Below, one piece after another: positions 1 through 7,650 of a stretch of DNA of 17,016 nt. The position numbers were made by a program, and so were the translations under genes. Source of the stretch: Candidatus Bathyarchaeia archaeon. GTDB taxonomy: Archaea; Thermoproteota; Bathyarchaeia; Bathyarchaeales; Bathycorpusculaceae. The notes below the pieces were generated by a model. The model had not been told where the DNA came from. It worked only from the letters and a program-made list of their open reading frames with translations, and searched no databases. Location of the stretch: positions 1-17,016 of the forward strand of contig JAVZNC010000010.1 of the NCBI GenBank assembly GCA_038882955.1, given 5' to 3'. How positions within the stretch are numbered: the stretch's first letter is position 1; every line of letters starts with the position of its first letter.

Positions 1-495
1 GTTAGGACTATGCCTAATATCGCCGCCTTAGTGCAGGAATCCTTTACGGCCTACTGCTGTGACAGCGGTCTAAACAATGAAGAAAAGGGGAGGGTTAAGA
101 GGCTCTTGGACACAATGGGCATATCCGAGGAGGTTGAAGAAAAGTATATGGATGCCATAACAGCCCTAAGTGGAAGTGGACCAGGCTACATTTCCATAAT
201 CATAGAAGCCTTAATGTATGCTGGATTAAAAGTTGGCTTGCCAAGAGACCTCGCCCTATACAGTTCCGCCCAAACAGTCTTAGGAACTGGAAAACTAATC
301 CTTGAGACTAGGGAGCATCCATCAAAGATAAAGGATATGGTAACGACGCCCGGCGGCACAACAATTGAAGCTATATTCGAACTTGAAGGAAGTCAAATAC
401 GTCAAGCTTTGATGAAGGCTGTTGAAGAAGCTACAAATAAATGTGACAAGATCCGAGAAAGACTAGGCGTAAATGCTAACAAGGTCATTCAATGA
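1..495 (+). CDS. proC: Pyrroline-5-carboxylate reductase, 5'-truncated by the window
   Basis: Frame is open from base 1 (VRTMPN). Motifs RxMPN, TALSGSGPGY and VTTPGGTT are diagnostic for ProC. Overlaps the convergent gene by 11 bp. Confidence 0.95.
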   Translation, partial: VRTMPNIAALVQESFTAYCCDSGLNNEEKGRVKRLLDTMGISEEVEEKYMDAITALSGSGPGYISIIIEALMYAGLKVGLPRDLALYSSAQTVLGTGKLILETREHPSKIKDMVTTPGGTTIEAIFELEGSQIRQALMKAVEEATNKCDKIRERLGVNANKVIQ

Positions 496-1603
496 TTGGG
501 GTTTCTACAGCGGTGTTCCACCAGGGCTTATCCCACTTTTTATCTACAACTGGCAACGCTTTAAGAAGCTCTTGCACTCGATAAGTAACTGTTGAAAATT
601 CGCTCTTAGACATCCACTTCCGAAGAACATTAGACTTCTCCACCAAGTTTTTAAGGTTCAACGTGACTGTTAGGGCAAGCTTCTTATCCTTTTCTAGAAT
701 ATGCCTCATTTTCTTTACGTCTACCTTTTCAGCTCCAACTCCGACTTCGTGGTCTAAAAATATGGCACACACATCCTTAATGTCTTTCTCCTCCATCCCC
801 AAAATAATCTTGTCTTTTGAATAGTACGGATATGAAAGAATCCTATAATCACATTCACATTTTTTTAATTCATCAGCGCATTCCTTTGGCATGTCAAGAA
901 TGAACTGGGCTTTTGAAATTATGAGGTTCTCCAAACCAACAGTGTAAAGGTTTTCCTTATAATTCTGGAAGGCTTCCCGAACATCCACTCTATGCCTTAA
1001 ATCGATAACATCGCAGAATAAATCCAAAACAGTTATTTTCGGCAGTCCCTCAGGAGTTATGTCATTAATTGTTGTCAGCCTATATCTTTCGCCATGCCTC
1101 CAAGCATTAAACCGTCTGTCATTCGCCGTTGCAAAAGACTTGTACTGCGTGCCAAAAGCCCTATCCATTTTTAAAAGAAGCTTATAGAAGTCAACTCCCT
1201 GCTTTTTAGGAACTATAAAATCTGTATCTTTGATTGGTCTCTCAAGAGGGCCGCCTGCATTAGCGCTTGGACAATGAATCTTTACAGCTGCACCGCCAAA
1301 CAACAAAGCTGGGATAGAATTTTTGCTCACAGCTTTTTCAAAGGCGCTTGGATAAAGTTCATGAAGTTTCGGTGCATTTACAGCCGCCCAAAGCACAACC
1401 ATAGCGCTCTTCATTGGAAAATAATTCAAATCTATATACGATGGTAAACCCAAAGCATCCCTAAGCTTTTCAGCATCAACATAAGAGGTTAATGGCAAAT
1501 CAACCTCGTAGGTGGTCCCATCTAAATCCCTATATAGAACACATTTGCCGTCAGGACAAACACCTTTTTCAGTCAAATTTCCATCACATTTATTCCATAT
1601 CAA
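485..1603 (-). CDS. Uncharacterised nucleotidyltransferase (Pol-beta superfamily-like)
   Basis: 372-aa ORF with hGGxA (LFGGAAVKIHC), DxD (IKDTDF), a third Asp (LDLFCD) and a late EKDxxD motif. TTG start. Confidence 0.65.
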   Translation of the reverse strand: MIWNKCDGNLTEKGVCPDGKCVLYRDLDGTTYEVDLPLTSYVDAEKLRDALGLPSYIDLNYFPMKSAMVVLWAAVNAPKLHELYPSAFEKAVSKNSIPALLFGGAAVKIHCPSANAGGPLERPIKDTDFIVPKKQGVDFYKLLLKMDRAFGTQYKSFATANDRRFNAWRHGERYRLTTINDITPEGLPKITVLDLFCDVIDLRHRVDVREAFQNYKENLYTVGLENLIISKAQFILDMPKECADELKKCECDYRILSYPYYSKDKIILGMEEKDIKDVCAIFLDHEVGVGAEKVDVKKMRHILEKDKKLALTVTLNLKNLVEKSNVLRKWMSKSEFSTVTYRVQELLKALPVVDKKWDKPWWNTAVETPIIE

Positions 1604-1758
1604 ACACTAACAAACTACTAATAAACCTTTGCAAAATGGTAAATAAGCATTATTCCAAACAAAATAGAATAACGCATATATCCCAATTTTCCAGTAAATT
1701 CTAATGCATTCAATAAGGAAGGGGCCGTAGTCTAGGCAGGTATGACGACGGGCTCCAG

Positions 1759-1825
1759 AACAATGCCAAACGGGTTTGCGGACCGCCATGCGGAATGAAG
1801 AGGTTCTGGAGCGGTCAGTAGAGAA
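1759..1825 (+). ncRNA. 67-nt tRNA-Trp intron (37/38) containing a box C/D-type 2'-O-methylation guide
   Basis: Guide ACGGGTTT 1770-1777 is complementary to 1824-1831 and is followed by D'-like CGGA 1779-1782; the +5 rule hits C39. C'-like ATGAAGA at 1795-1801. Second guide GTTCTGGAGC 1803-1812 is complementary to 1752-1761, which covers C34. Confidence 0.8.
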
Positions 1826-1831
1826 ACCCGT

Positions 1832-1859
1832 AGAAACAGCCAAGCGCTGTTTCGGGGAA
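1832..1859 (+). other. Second, non-canonical 28-nt tRNA intron at about position 43/44
   Basis: Hairpin GAAACAGC 1833-1840 / GCTGTTTC 1846-1853. Relaxed BHB: bulges GTA and AAA around an ACCC/GGGG helix. Removal restores the canonical variable loop AGGTC. Boundaries are uncertain by 1 nt. Confidence 0.85.
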
Positions 1860-1938
1860 AGGTCGTCGGTTCAAATCCGGCCGGCCCCACCACAATTTGC
1901 AATCGTTTATGTTATAGGAAATTATTCTCAGCGAATGC

Positions 1939-2550
1939 TTATGGCTGATTCATAAATTCTATGAATTCTTTAAGTGTGCGCTTTTGAAGCGTATAGTTTG
2001 TTTTTCGCTCTTTGCCTATTGTTGAATAAGGGTGTTCTCCGTAGTCGTGGCCCGGATAAACTTCTATGTCGTTGTCTAGTTTCAAGATTTTGTTGAAGAG
2101 GCTGTTGTACATGTCTTCTGCGCATCCGCTTGGCAGGTCTGTTCTGCCGCATTCTCCGACAAAAAGCGTGTCGCCTGTAAACAGTTTCCTATTGGTTAGG
2201 AGGCATATGCTGTCTGGCGTGTGTCCGGGTGTGTGTATAACCTCTATTGTTGTTTTTCCAATTTTTATTTTGTCTCCATCTTCCACGCTTATGTGCTTGT
2301 TGATTTCTGATCGTTTGTGGGCTACGACTTTTGCATTGAACATTTTTTGCAGTTTTTGGTTGCCCGCCGTGTGGTCTACGTGGTTGTGAGTGTTCATGAC
2401 GTATTTTAGTTGGAAGTTGTGCGCCTTTAAGACTTGGATGATCGCTTCTGTGTTGAAGCTTGGGTCGATTACAGCTGCTTCTTTTGTTGTTTCGTCCGCT
2501 ATTATGTAAGAGAAGTTGTCGCCTCGATGCTTTATTTGCCTAAAAAACAT
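1939..2550 (-). CDS. MBL-fold metallo-hydrolase (glyoxalase II / ETHE1-like)
   Basis: Motifs THNHVDH, HTPGHT, FTGDTLF, GRTDL and YPGHDY. Confidence 0.92.
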   Translation of the reverse strand: MFFRQIKHRGDNFSYIIADETTKEAAVIDPSFNTEAIIQVLKAHNFQLKYVMNTHNHVDHTAGNQKLQKMFNAKVVAHKRSEINKHISVEDGDKIKIGKTTIEVIHTPGHTPDSICLLTNRKLFTGDTLFVGECGRTDLPSGCAEDMYNSLFNKILKLDNDIEVYPGHDYGEHPYSTIGKERKTNYTLQKRTLKEFIEFMNQP

Positions 2551-2568
2551 GTCTGTTTTGTTTCCCCT

Positions 2569-3924
2569 CTAGATTAGAACATATTCAATGTGCATACCCA
2601 TTTTTGCCAGTTCTTCGATGTTTTGGACACAGCCTATGCTTGCGTCTATGTTACGGTGTTTTGGGTGAACCCATATATACCGGGGCGACAAATTGAACTG
2701 TATAGGAATTTTTGTGAAGACTCCATAGGCGTCGAGACTCCTAATTAGTACGTTGTTTGAGCAAGCCTTACGGATTGAAACGTAGCTTTTTAGCAGTTCC
2801 TTTGCGGCGAAAACGCCTATGCCATGCCAAAGTGAGGCGTTTTCTGGCGATGCAAGCGAGTATATGAAGAATTGTGGCGACGATGGAGTTTTCTTGAAAT
2901 CGTAGTTTGTTAGAGCTTCCCCCTCAACTGTGAATTCGTCTTCGGCTTTTGCTATGCTCACGTCGTTTGGGTCTATGGCGTTTGGATAAAGCAGCGTAGT
3001 TTTATACGTCACTTTCACGTTTTTCAAGTTCCCGTTTTCAAAGTAGATTCTGCCCCTTGCCGCACGTTTTGAACCGTAACCCTTAGTAGAATGTGGAACC
3101 GTCAGTAATGTTGTACGTTTTTTCATGCTTCTGCCCATGCATTGATATGCGCCTTCAATCGCATAATAGTCCCTATGCACTTCTTTTATAATGTGGTGCA
3201 GCAAGCCTTGTGCGTCTTCTTTTTGCAAAGTTTCGATTGGCAAGCGCATAGCATATAGGCAGAAGTTTATCCCAAAAATTTCTGAAAGCCTCTCCATCTG
3301 TTCGTATTTTACCGCATCAACCATGTCCAAGTAGCTATTGTTGCAAGTTTCTAGGCAGCGCCTTATTAATTCAACCTCACCTTGCGATATGAGTGTTCCA
3401 TCATATTTTCTTACAAAATTTTCGTCGATTTTCAGCCTTTCAGTTTTGACGTAAGCCGAGGGGAAGGCGCTCTGCCCGCTTGTTACAATTGACTCTTTCA
3501 GCGGGTTCATTGAATATCTGTCTGGTTCTATGTCGTCTGTGTTGAGTAAGAATGCAACGATTTTCCCCTCTGGCGGTTTTTGAAGCATCTCACATAGTTC
3601 GCTGATATCCTCTTCTTCGATTTCGCCTAAGCCATATTGGCAAAAGTAGTTTCCGCAAACTTCGAGTAGGCGAGCAGCGATTATTCCTTGAACCTCTTCA
3701 ACTGTTAATTGCGGGTTTGAGTATTCAACGGAACTTCTCAGAAAGAAGTGCTTGCCACTAAGCTTAACCTCATGCCTTTTACCATTTTTAAATTGGAAGA
3801 AGCTGAGCTCTCTTTTCTCGTTTCCCTCAAATTCTGCAAGTTCTTTCACCAAAACTTCTATACATTGCCACGAGTTCTTTAAGAAGCCTTCAAGAATCAT
3901 TTTGGCTAAATTCTGTTGCGTCAA
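2569..3924 (-). CDS. Hypothetical soluble protein, 451 aa
   Basis: Long ORF with 6- and 18-bp gaps to co-oriented neighbours. No family recognised. Start is TTG 3924 or the nearby ATG at 3900. Confidence 0.8.
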   Translation of the reverse strand: MTQQNLAKMILEGFLKNSWQCIEVLVKELAEFEGNEKRELSFFQFKNGKRHEVKLSGKHFFLRSSVEYSNPQLTVEEVQGIIAARLLEVCGNYFCQYGLGEIEEEDISELCEMLQKPPEGKIVAFLLNTDDIEPDRYSMNPLKESIVTSGQSAFPSAYVKTERLKIDENFVRKYDGTLISQGEVELIRRCLETCNNSYLDMVDAVKYEQMERLSEIFGINFCLYAMRLPIETLQKEDAQGLLHHIIKEVHRDYYAIEGAYQCMGRSMKKRTTLLTVPHSTKGYGSKRAARGRIYFENGNLKNVKVTYKTTLLYPNAIDPNDVSIAKAEDEFTVEGEALTNYDFKKTPSSPQFFIYSLASPENASLWHGIGVFAAKELLKSYVSIRKACSNNVLIRSLDAYGVFTKIPIQFNLSPRYIWVHPKHRNIDASIGCVQNIEELAKMGMHIEYVLI

Positions 3925-3930
3925 GCGCTC

Positions 3931-4773
3931 TCAGCCCCTCTCCAAAGATTCTGCAATGTAAATGCAGTCTCTAAAAACCATCGGTCCAGAAAACATCCTA
4001 ACAACGTTAAAGCTTTCTTTAAATCTGAAGCCCAAAAGCATGTTTATTATTGCCCTTTCCTTTTTTGGTAGGCATATCGAAACTTCGGAATCCTTAACTT
4101 TTTTCAGCACTGCGGCCAGAAGACTTCTGGCTACGTCGCCTTTTTCTCTCCTGCAAATAAGGGGGCCTATCTCCGAATAGTGGTTGTAAACCTTTACTAT
4201 GATGTATCCCGAAATTTCCCCGTTCTCAACGTGGTAGTAGCACAGGTTATTTTTCCCGCTAGCGATTCTTTCCAACAGCTTTTTCCTAGAAGCGCCGAAA
4301 TAGAGGCTATCAAATTCTACTATCTTCTGCATTTCATTCTTCCCCGCCTCCATCACATCAGCCGCCTCAAAATTAGGAGAAGAGGCTTTACCATTTAAAA
4401 CCGCGAATTCTAGGTCGCGTTTGAAGCAGAGTCTTAAGTAGAAATTAGCCTTTTCCTTGTATGAGTATAAGCCCACCATTTCGGCGCCCTTGCTTCTCAA
4501 GTATTCTATGGCATGTTTCACAAGGATACTTCCAGCCCTTTTTCTACGGTACTTTTCATCCACTATAACGTTTCCAATCCAGCCGATTTTGCCGTAGCTT
4601 ACAGTTGTTGTTATGCCGATTTTTTCCGAGCCGCATAAAAGCGTAAAGCATCCTTCTGGTTCCAACTGCATCATGAATTCGAAGTCTTTTTCCGTTAGGT
4701 TCCAGTTCATGGTGTCGGTTAAGCAAACAGCAAATTCAATATCTTCGAAAGACATCCTTCTAACTTTAAACAT
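3931..4773 (-). CDS. Two-domain GNAT family N-acetyltransferase
   Basis: Acetyl-CoA motif A VIVDEKYRRKRAG and motif B FYLRLCF. Second degenerate GNAT domain (FDSLYFGASR, IGPL), C-terminal ERG. Confidence 0.88.
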   Translation of the reverse strand: MFKVRRMSFEDIEFAVCLTDTMNWNLTEKDFEFMMQLEPEGCFTLLCGSEKIGITTTVSYGKIGWIGNVIVDEKYRRKRAGSILVKHAIEYLRSKGAEMVGLYSYKEKANFYLRLCFKRDLEFAVLNGKASSPNFEAADVMEAGKNEMQKIVEFDSLYFGASRKKLLERIASGKNNLCYYHVENGEISGYIIVKVYNHYSEIGPLICRREKGDVARSLLAAVLKKVKDSEVSICLPKKERAIINMLLGFRFKESFNVVRMFSGPMVFRDCIYIAESLERG

Positions 4774-4880
4774 CGTTTTCCCATGGTTCTTTTGCCGAAC
4801 GCGTGTTTATCACGCTTTTGTTGGCATAAACTTTACTAGGACGCTGAAGGAGAAAAATCAAATCTAGGGGGTTCACAGCA

Positions 4881-5390
4881 ATCGCAGAACCAAGGCTTGA
4901 GGTTGAAATACCTAGAGACGTTAAGATCACGACACATCCCTTCACAGAGTATTTTAAGGGCTTTGAGAAAGTTGAGGCGGTTAGAAGTATTTTTGGCGAA
5001 AAAACCGAGGTGGTTCTACGTAACCTTCAAGTGGAATTTGTGGGTTTTAGGGGTTACATGGGCGTCAGCGAGGTAGACGGCCACCTAATGATTAGTGCAT
5101 ATTACTTGAAAAACGGCGACTTAGTTGACATTTACTTAGACATCATTCACGAGCTTGTCCACGTGAAACAGTTTATGGATGGCAGGAAGCTCTTTGATGA
5201 AAGGTATGACTATGTTGTGAGACCCACAGAGATTGAAGCGTACCGCCATGCTGTTGAAGAAGCCCGGAGGCTTGGTTATGACGACGCCAGAATATGTCAA
5301 TATCTAAAGACAGAGTGGATTAGCGAAAGGGAACTACGAAAACTTACGAAAGCACTTAATGTTAAGTATGTGCCTCCATCCAAAAGATGA
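4881..5390 (+). CDS. Small zincin-like HExxH metalloprotein; start uncertain (ATC 4881 or GTG 5010)
   Basis: IIHELVHVKQ plus downstream EIEAY. Frame is open from 4848 to 5390 and reads as protein-like sequence upstream of 5010. Confidence 0.7.
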   Translation: MAEPRLEVEIPRDVKITTHPFTEYFKGFEKVEAVRSIFGEKTEVVLRNLQVEFVGFRGYMGVSEVDGHLMISAYYLKNGDLVDIYLDIIHELVHVKQFMDGRKLFDERYDYVVRPTEIEAYRHAVEEARRLGYDDARICQYLKTEWISERELRKLTKALNVKYVPPSKR

Positions 5391-5406
5391 GGAGAATTGC
5401 AGATTT

Positions 5407-5820
5407 ATGGCTAAGAAAGTTTTTATGATGAAGTTAAGCGAGGTACAGCCAAGTCAACTGTACATTTGTTCTGAAAAGTTGTCTGAGGTTATGAAAACAT
5501 TTAACACCACAGGCCCTAAAATGATGGAACCGATACCAGTTAAGAAGTTTAATGGCGACATTATCCTTGTGGATGGACATACAAGGGCTTTTGTAGCCTT
5601 CCTTTGCGGCTTTTCAGAGGTCCCAGTTTATTGGGAATCTGAAGAGTTGGATTGGAACGCCTACAAAATATATGTGGAATGGTGCAAGAGGGATGGAATA
5701 CGCACGATAGCCGACCTTAAAAATAGGGTCGTATCCCAAAGGGATTATGAAAAGTTGTGGTATGAACGATGCGAGAAAATGCAGAGATGCTTGGAGATAG
5801 AAAAGAAAAGGAAACTGTAG
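5407..5820 (+). CDS. ParB/sulfiredoxin N-terminal-like domain protein
   Basis: Motifs LSEVQPSQ, PIPV and LVDGHTRA. No HTH follows. ATG 5407 chosen over the overlapping TTG start; GAGGAG lies upstream. Confidence 0.75.
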   Translation: MAKKVFMMKLSEVQPSQLYICSEKLSEVMKTFNTTGPKMMEPIPVKKFNGDIILVDGHTRAFVAFLCGFSEVPVYWESEELDWNAYKIYVEWCKRDGIRTIADLKNRVVSQRDYEKLWYERCEKMQRCLEIEKKRKL

Positions 5821-5901
5821 GTTCAAATTTGGGCTGTCCGACTGTGGCGGGGCGTAACACTTTTAACCCTATTGTTCCTTTCTAGTTTGTGGATGGTTGA
5901 A

Positions 5902-6600
5902 ATGAGAAAATTTTGGTGTCTAGCCTTAATTGTTCTGGTTTCGCTGTCCTTCCTTTCGATGCTGCATTTGGTCGCCTTCGCTGAAACGCCAACCCACTTG
6001 ATGGTTGTTGAATGGTATGGTCGTGGCCGTGGGCACGTCGTTCTCGCTGAGATACCCGCTGAAGACGATTCTATGGAAAATCCGGATTACAAGCTTTTGC
6101 CCTACTATTGGCGTACTACAATAAAGTATTGGATTAACCCGAAAAACAGTTATGGCTTCTCAACAACGGCTGTTGTGACGACTATAACGGCTGCGGCAAA
6201 CGCTTGGGATGAGCAAACAAGCTTCGTCCTTTTCGCTTATCAAGGCACAACCCGCAAAAGTGCCGGAGTGCGAGACGGCTACAACGTTGTTGCTTGGGGA
6301 TTGTATTCGAATCCAAACGTGATTGCCGTTACATACATATGGTATTCAGGCGACAAAATGGTTGAAACTGACACGCGAATGAACACGCGTTTTAAATGGA
6401 GTTTAAGCGGTGAAGCGGGCAAAATGGATGTGCAGAACATTATGACGCATGAGTTTGGCCACTGGTGCGGCCTTGCCGACTTGTATGGCAATGTAGACTA
6501 CTGGCTGACGATGTATGGCTATTCAAGCTATGGAGAAACATACAAGCGGACACTTGGACTAGGCGACATCCTCGGACTACAAGCAAGATACGGCCAGTAA
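5902..6600 (+). CDS. Secreted matrixin-like (metzincin) metalloprotease
   Basis: Signal peptide MRKFWCLALIVLV. Zinc motif HEFGHWCGLAD, Met-turn LTMYG, C-terminal DILGLQARYG. Confidence 0.88.
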   Translation: MRKFWCLALIVLVSLSFLSMLHLVAFAETPTHLMVVEWYGRGRGHVVLAEIPAEDDSMENPDYKLLPYYWRTTIKYWINPKNSYGFSTTAVVTTITAAANAWDEQTSFVLFAYQGTTRKSAGVRDGYNVVAWGLYSNPNVIAVTYIWYSGDKMVETDTRMNTRFKWSLSGEAGKMDVQNIMTHEFGHWCGLADLYGNVDYWLTMYGYSSYGETYKRTLGLGDILGLQARYGQ

Positions 6601-6616
6601 CTTCCCACTTCTTTTT
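6601..6616 (+). terminator. Possible pyrimidine/oligo-T archaeal terminator
   Basis: CTTCCCACTTCTTTTT directly follows the protease stop, in a convergent intergenic gap. Confidence 0.4.
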
Positions 6617-6720
6617 GAACTGGCAATCGTCACTATGCGTACACAAAACATATGTTACCTTGTTCTAAAAGAGTGGAGAAGTTGAAAAATTCGGAACGAG
6701 AACTTTCACTACGCGTTCTT

Positions 6721-6987
6721 TTATTCTTCTGTCGCTCCGGCTTCTACAACTTCGGCTTCGGCGAATCTTCTGCTGATCCTTGTTATTTTTATTTTGACGT
6801 GATCTCCGGGCTTTGTGTTCGGTATGAAGGTTACTAGTCCTTGGATGCGGGCTATTCCTTCGCCTCTTCGGCTTGTTTCTGTGACATCTACTTCGTATTC
6901 TTTGCCTATTTCAACCGGTTTTGGCGGGAACCTTCTTGGTCCTCTTCCGAATTCTCTTCTTCCGCTGAACCTTCTTCTTTCTTCCAT
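6721..6987 (-). CDS. Single-TRAM-domain RNA-binding protein with R/G/F-rich N-terminal tail
   Basis: PVEIGKEYEVDV...GEGIARIQGLVTFIPNTKPGD...FAEAEV. Strong SD GAGGTGA upstream. Confidence 0.92.
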   Translation of the reverse strand: MEERRRFSGRREFGRGPRRFPPKPVEIGKEYEVDVTETSRRGEGIARIQGLVTFIPNTKPGDHVKIKITRISRRFAEAEVVEAGATEE

Positions 6988-7030
6988 ATGTTTTCACCTC
7001 GCCTTTATTCGTTTAAAATTGTTCCGCGCT

Positions 7031-7321
7031 TCATTCGACTGTGAGTTTTCCGTATTTTCCAACGTTCAGTTGGATTTCTCCCTTGAAGCTTGTTACGTAG
7101 CCGTTTTCCACCTTAACCGTATCGTTAACGTTCACTTGGTTTATTTGGTCGTTCCATAAGGTTAACTTGATAGTGCCTGTCTCGTCTGCTATTACGGCTG
7201 TTGATACCCTATGGGTTGTGTCACTGAACCTTGAGAGAACCTCTCGTGGAGGAGATTTCTCTATAACTTTGGCTTCGACGTTTACCCGTTTCATTCCGTT
7301 TCGCAGTTCCTTAATCTTCAC
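7031..7321 (-). CDS. Single OB-fold ssDNA/RNA-binding protein (crenarchaeal SSB/RPA-like), no acidic tail
   Basis: Motifs ADETGTIKLTLW and VKVENGYVTSFKGEIQLNVGKYG. 96 aa, GTG start with GAGGGG upstream. Confidence 0.9.
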   Translation of the reverse strand: MKIKELRNGMKRVNVEAKVIEKSPPREVLSRFSDTTHRVSTAVIADETGTIKLTLWNDQINQVNVNDTVKVENGYVTSFKGEIQLNVGKYGKLTVE

Positions 7322-7340
7322 TCTTTTGCCATCCCCTCTT

Positions 7341-7625
7341 TTAGGCTATTCTTTCCGCGACAGCGAATTTTCCTCCAACTGAAACAATGCGCACTCTGAC
7401 GCGTTCGCCTATCTTGCTGTTTGGAACAAAAATCAAATAGCCCTGTATTCGGGCTATGCCGTCTCCTCTGCTTCCAATGTCGTCTATAACAACCTCCAGT
7501 TCCTGGTTTTCCTTTACTGGTGACATTTGGAAAATTGGCTTGCCGGGGTTGAAGCGTCTGCTACTCCCAAACCTTCTTGGTTTTCTCTGGATGTTTTTTG
7601 TTTTTTCTGGAAGCCTTCTTGGCAT
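7341..7625 (-). CDS. Single-TRAM-domain RNA-binding protein with basic N-terminal tail
   Basis: PVKENQELEVVIDDIGSRGDGIARIQGYLIFVPNSKIGERV...FAVAE. Confidence 0.92.
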   Translation of the reverse strand: MPRRLPEKTKNIQRKPRRFGSSRRFNPGKPIFQMSPVKENQELEVVIDDIGSRGDGIARIQGYLIFVPNSKIGERVRVRIVSVGGKFAVAERIA

Positions 7626-7650
7626 ACGGTTTTTTCGTCCTTATCGCGGA

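Larger units (their letters stand above)
1721..1892 (+). tRNA. tRNA-Trp (CCA) with two introns and encoded 3' CCA
   Basis: Acceptor stem GGGGCCG 1721-1727 / CGGCCCC 1882-1888, then ACCA. D arm GTC/GAC. Anticodon stem ACGGG 1748-1752 / CCCGT 1827-1831, with CCA at 1755-1757. T arm GTCGG-TTCAAAT-CCGGC 1865-1881. Confidence 0.95.

Noticed and set aside
1650-1672. Inverted repeat TTATTC-N11-GAATAA between the NTase and tRNA genes
   Set aside because: 6-bp arms in an AT-rich region with no second copy. Not enough to call an operator.
1492-1843. ORFs 1492-1704 (+) and 1607-1843 (-)
   Set aside because: They overlap the NTase start, the promoter region and the tRNA, and have no protein-like features.
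5820-5829. GGTTCAAAT match to the tRNA T-loop, considered as an att-site remnant
   Set aside because: Only 9 nt, does not extend to the tRNA 3' end, and there is no integrase nearby. Compatible with chance.
7318-7332. Mini-ORF MAKE* overlapping the SSB start
   Set aside because: The SD abuts this ATG with no spacing and fits the SSB GTG better.
7593-7607. Tandem A6C runs including an in-frame A-AAA-AAC slippery heptamer in the first TRAM gene
   Set aside because: A -1 shift reaches a stop within about 10 codons, no stimulatory structure is evident, and Lys/Asn/Thr codons explain the runs.
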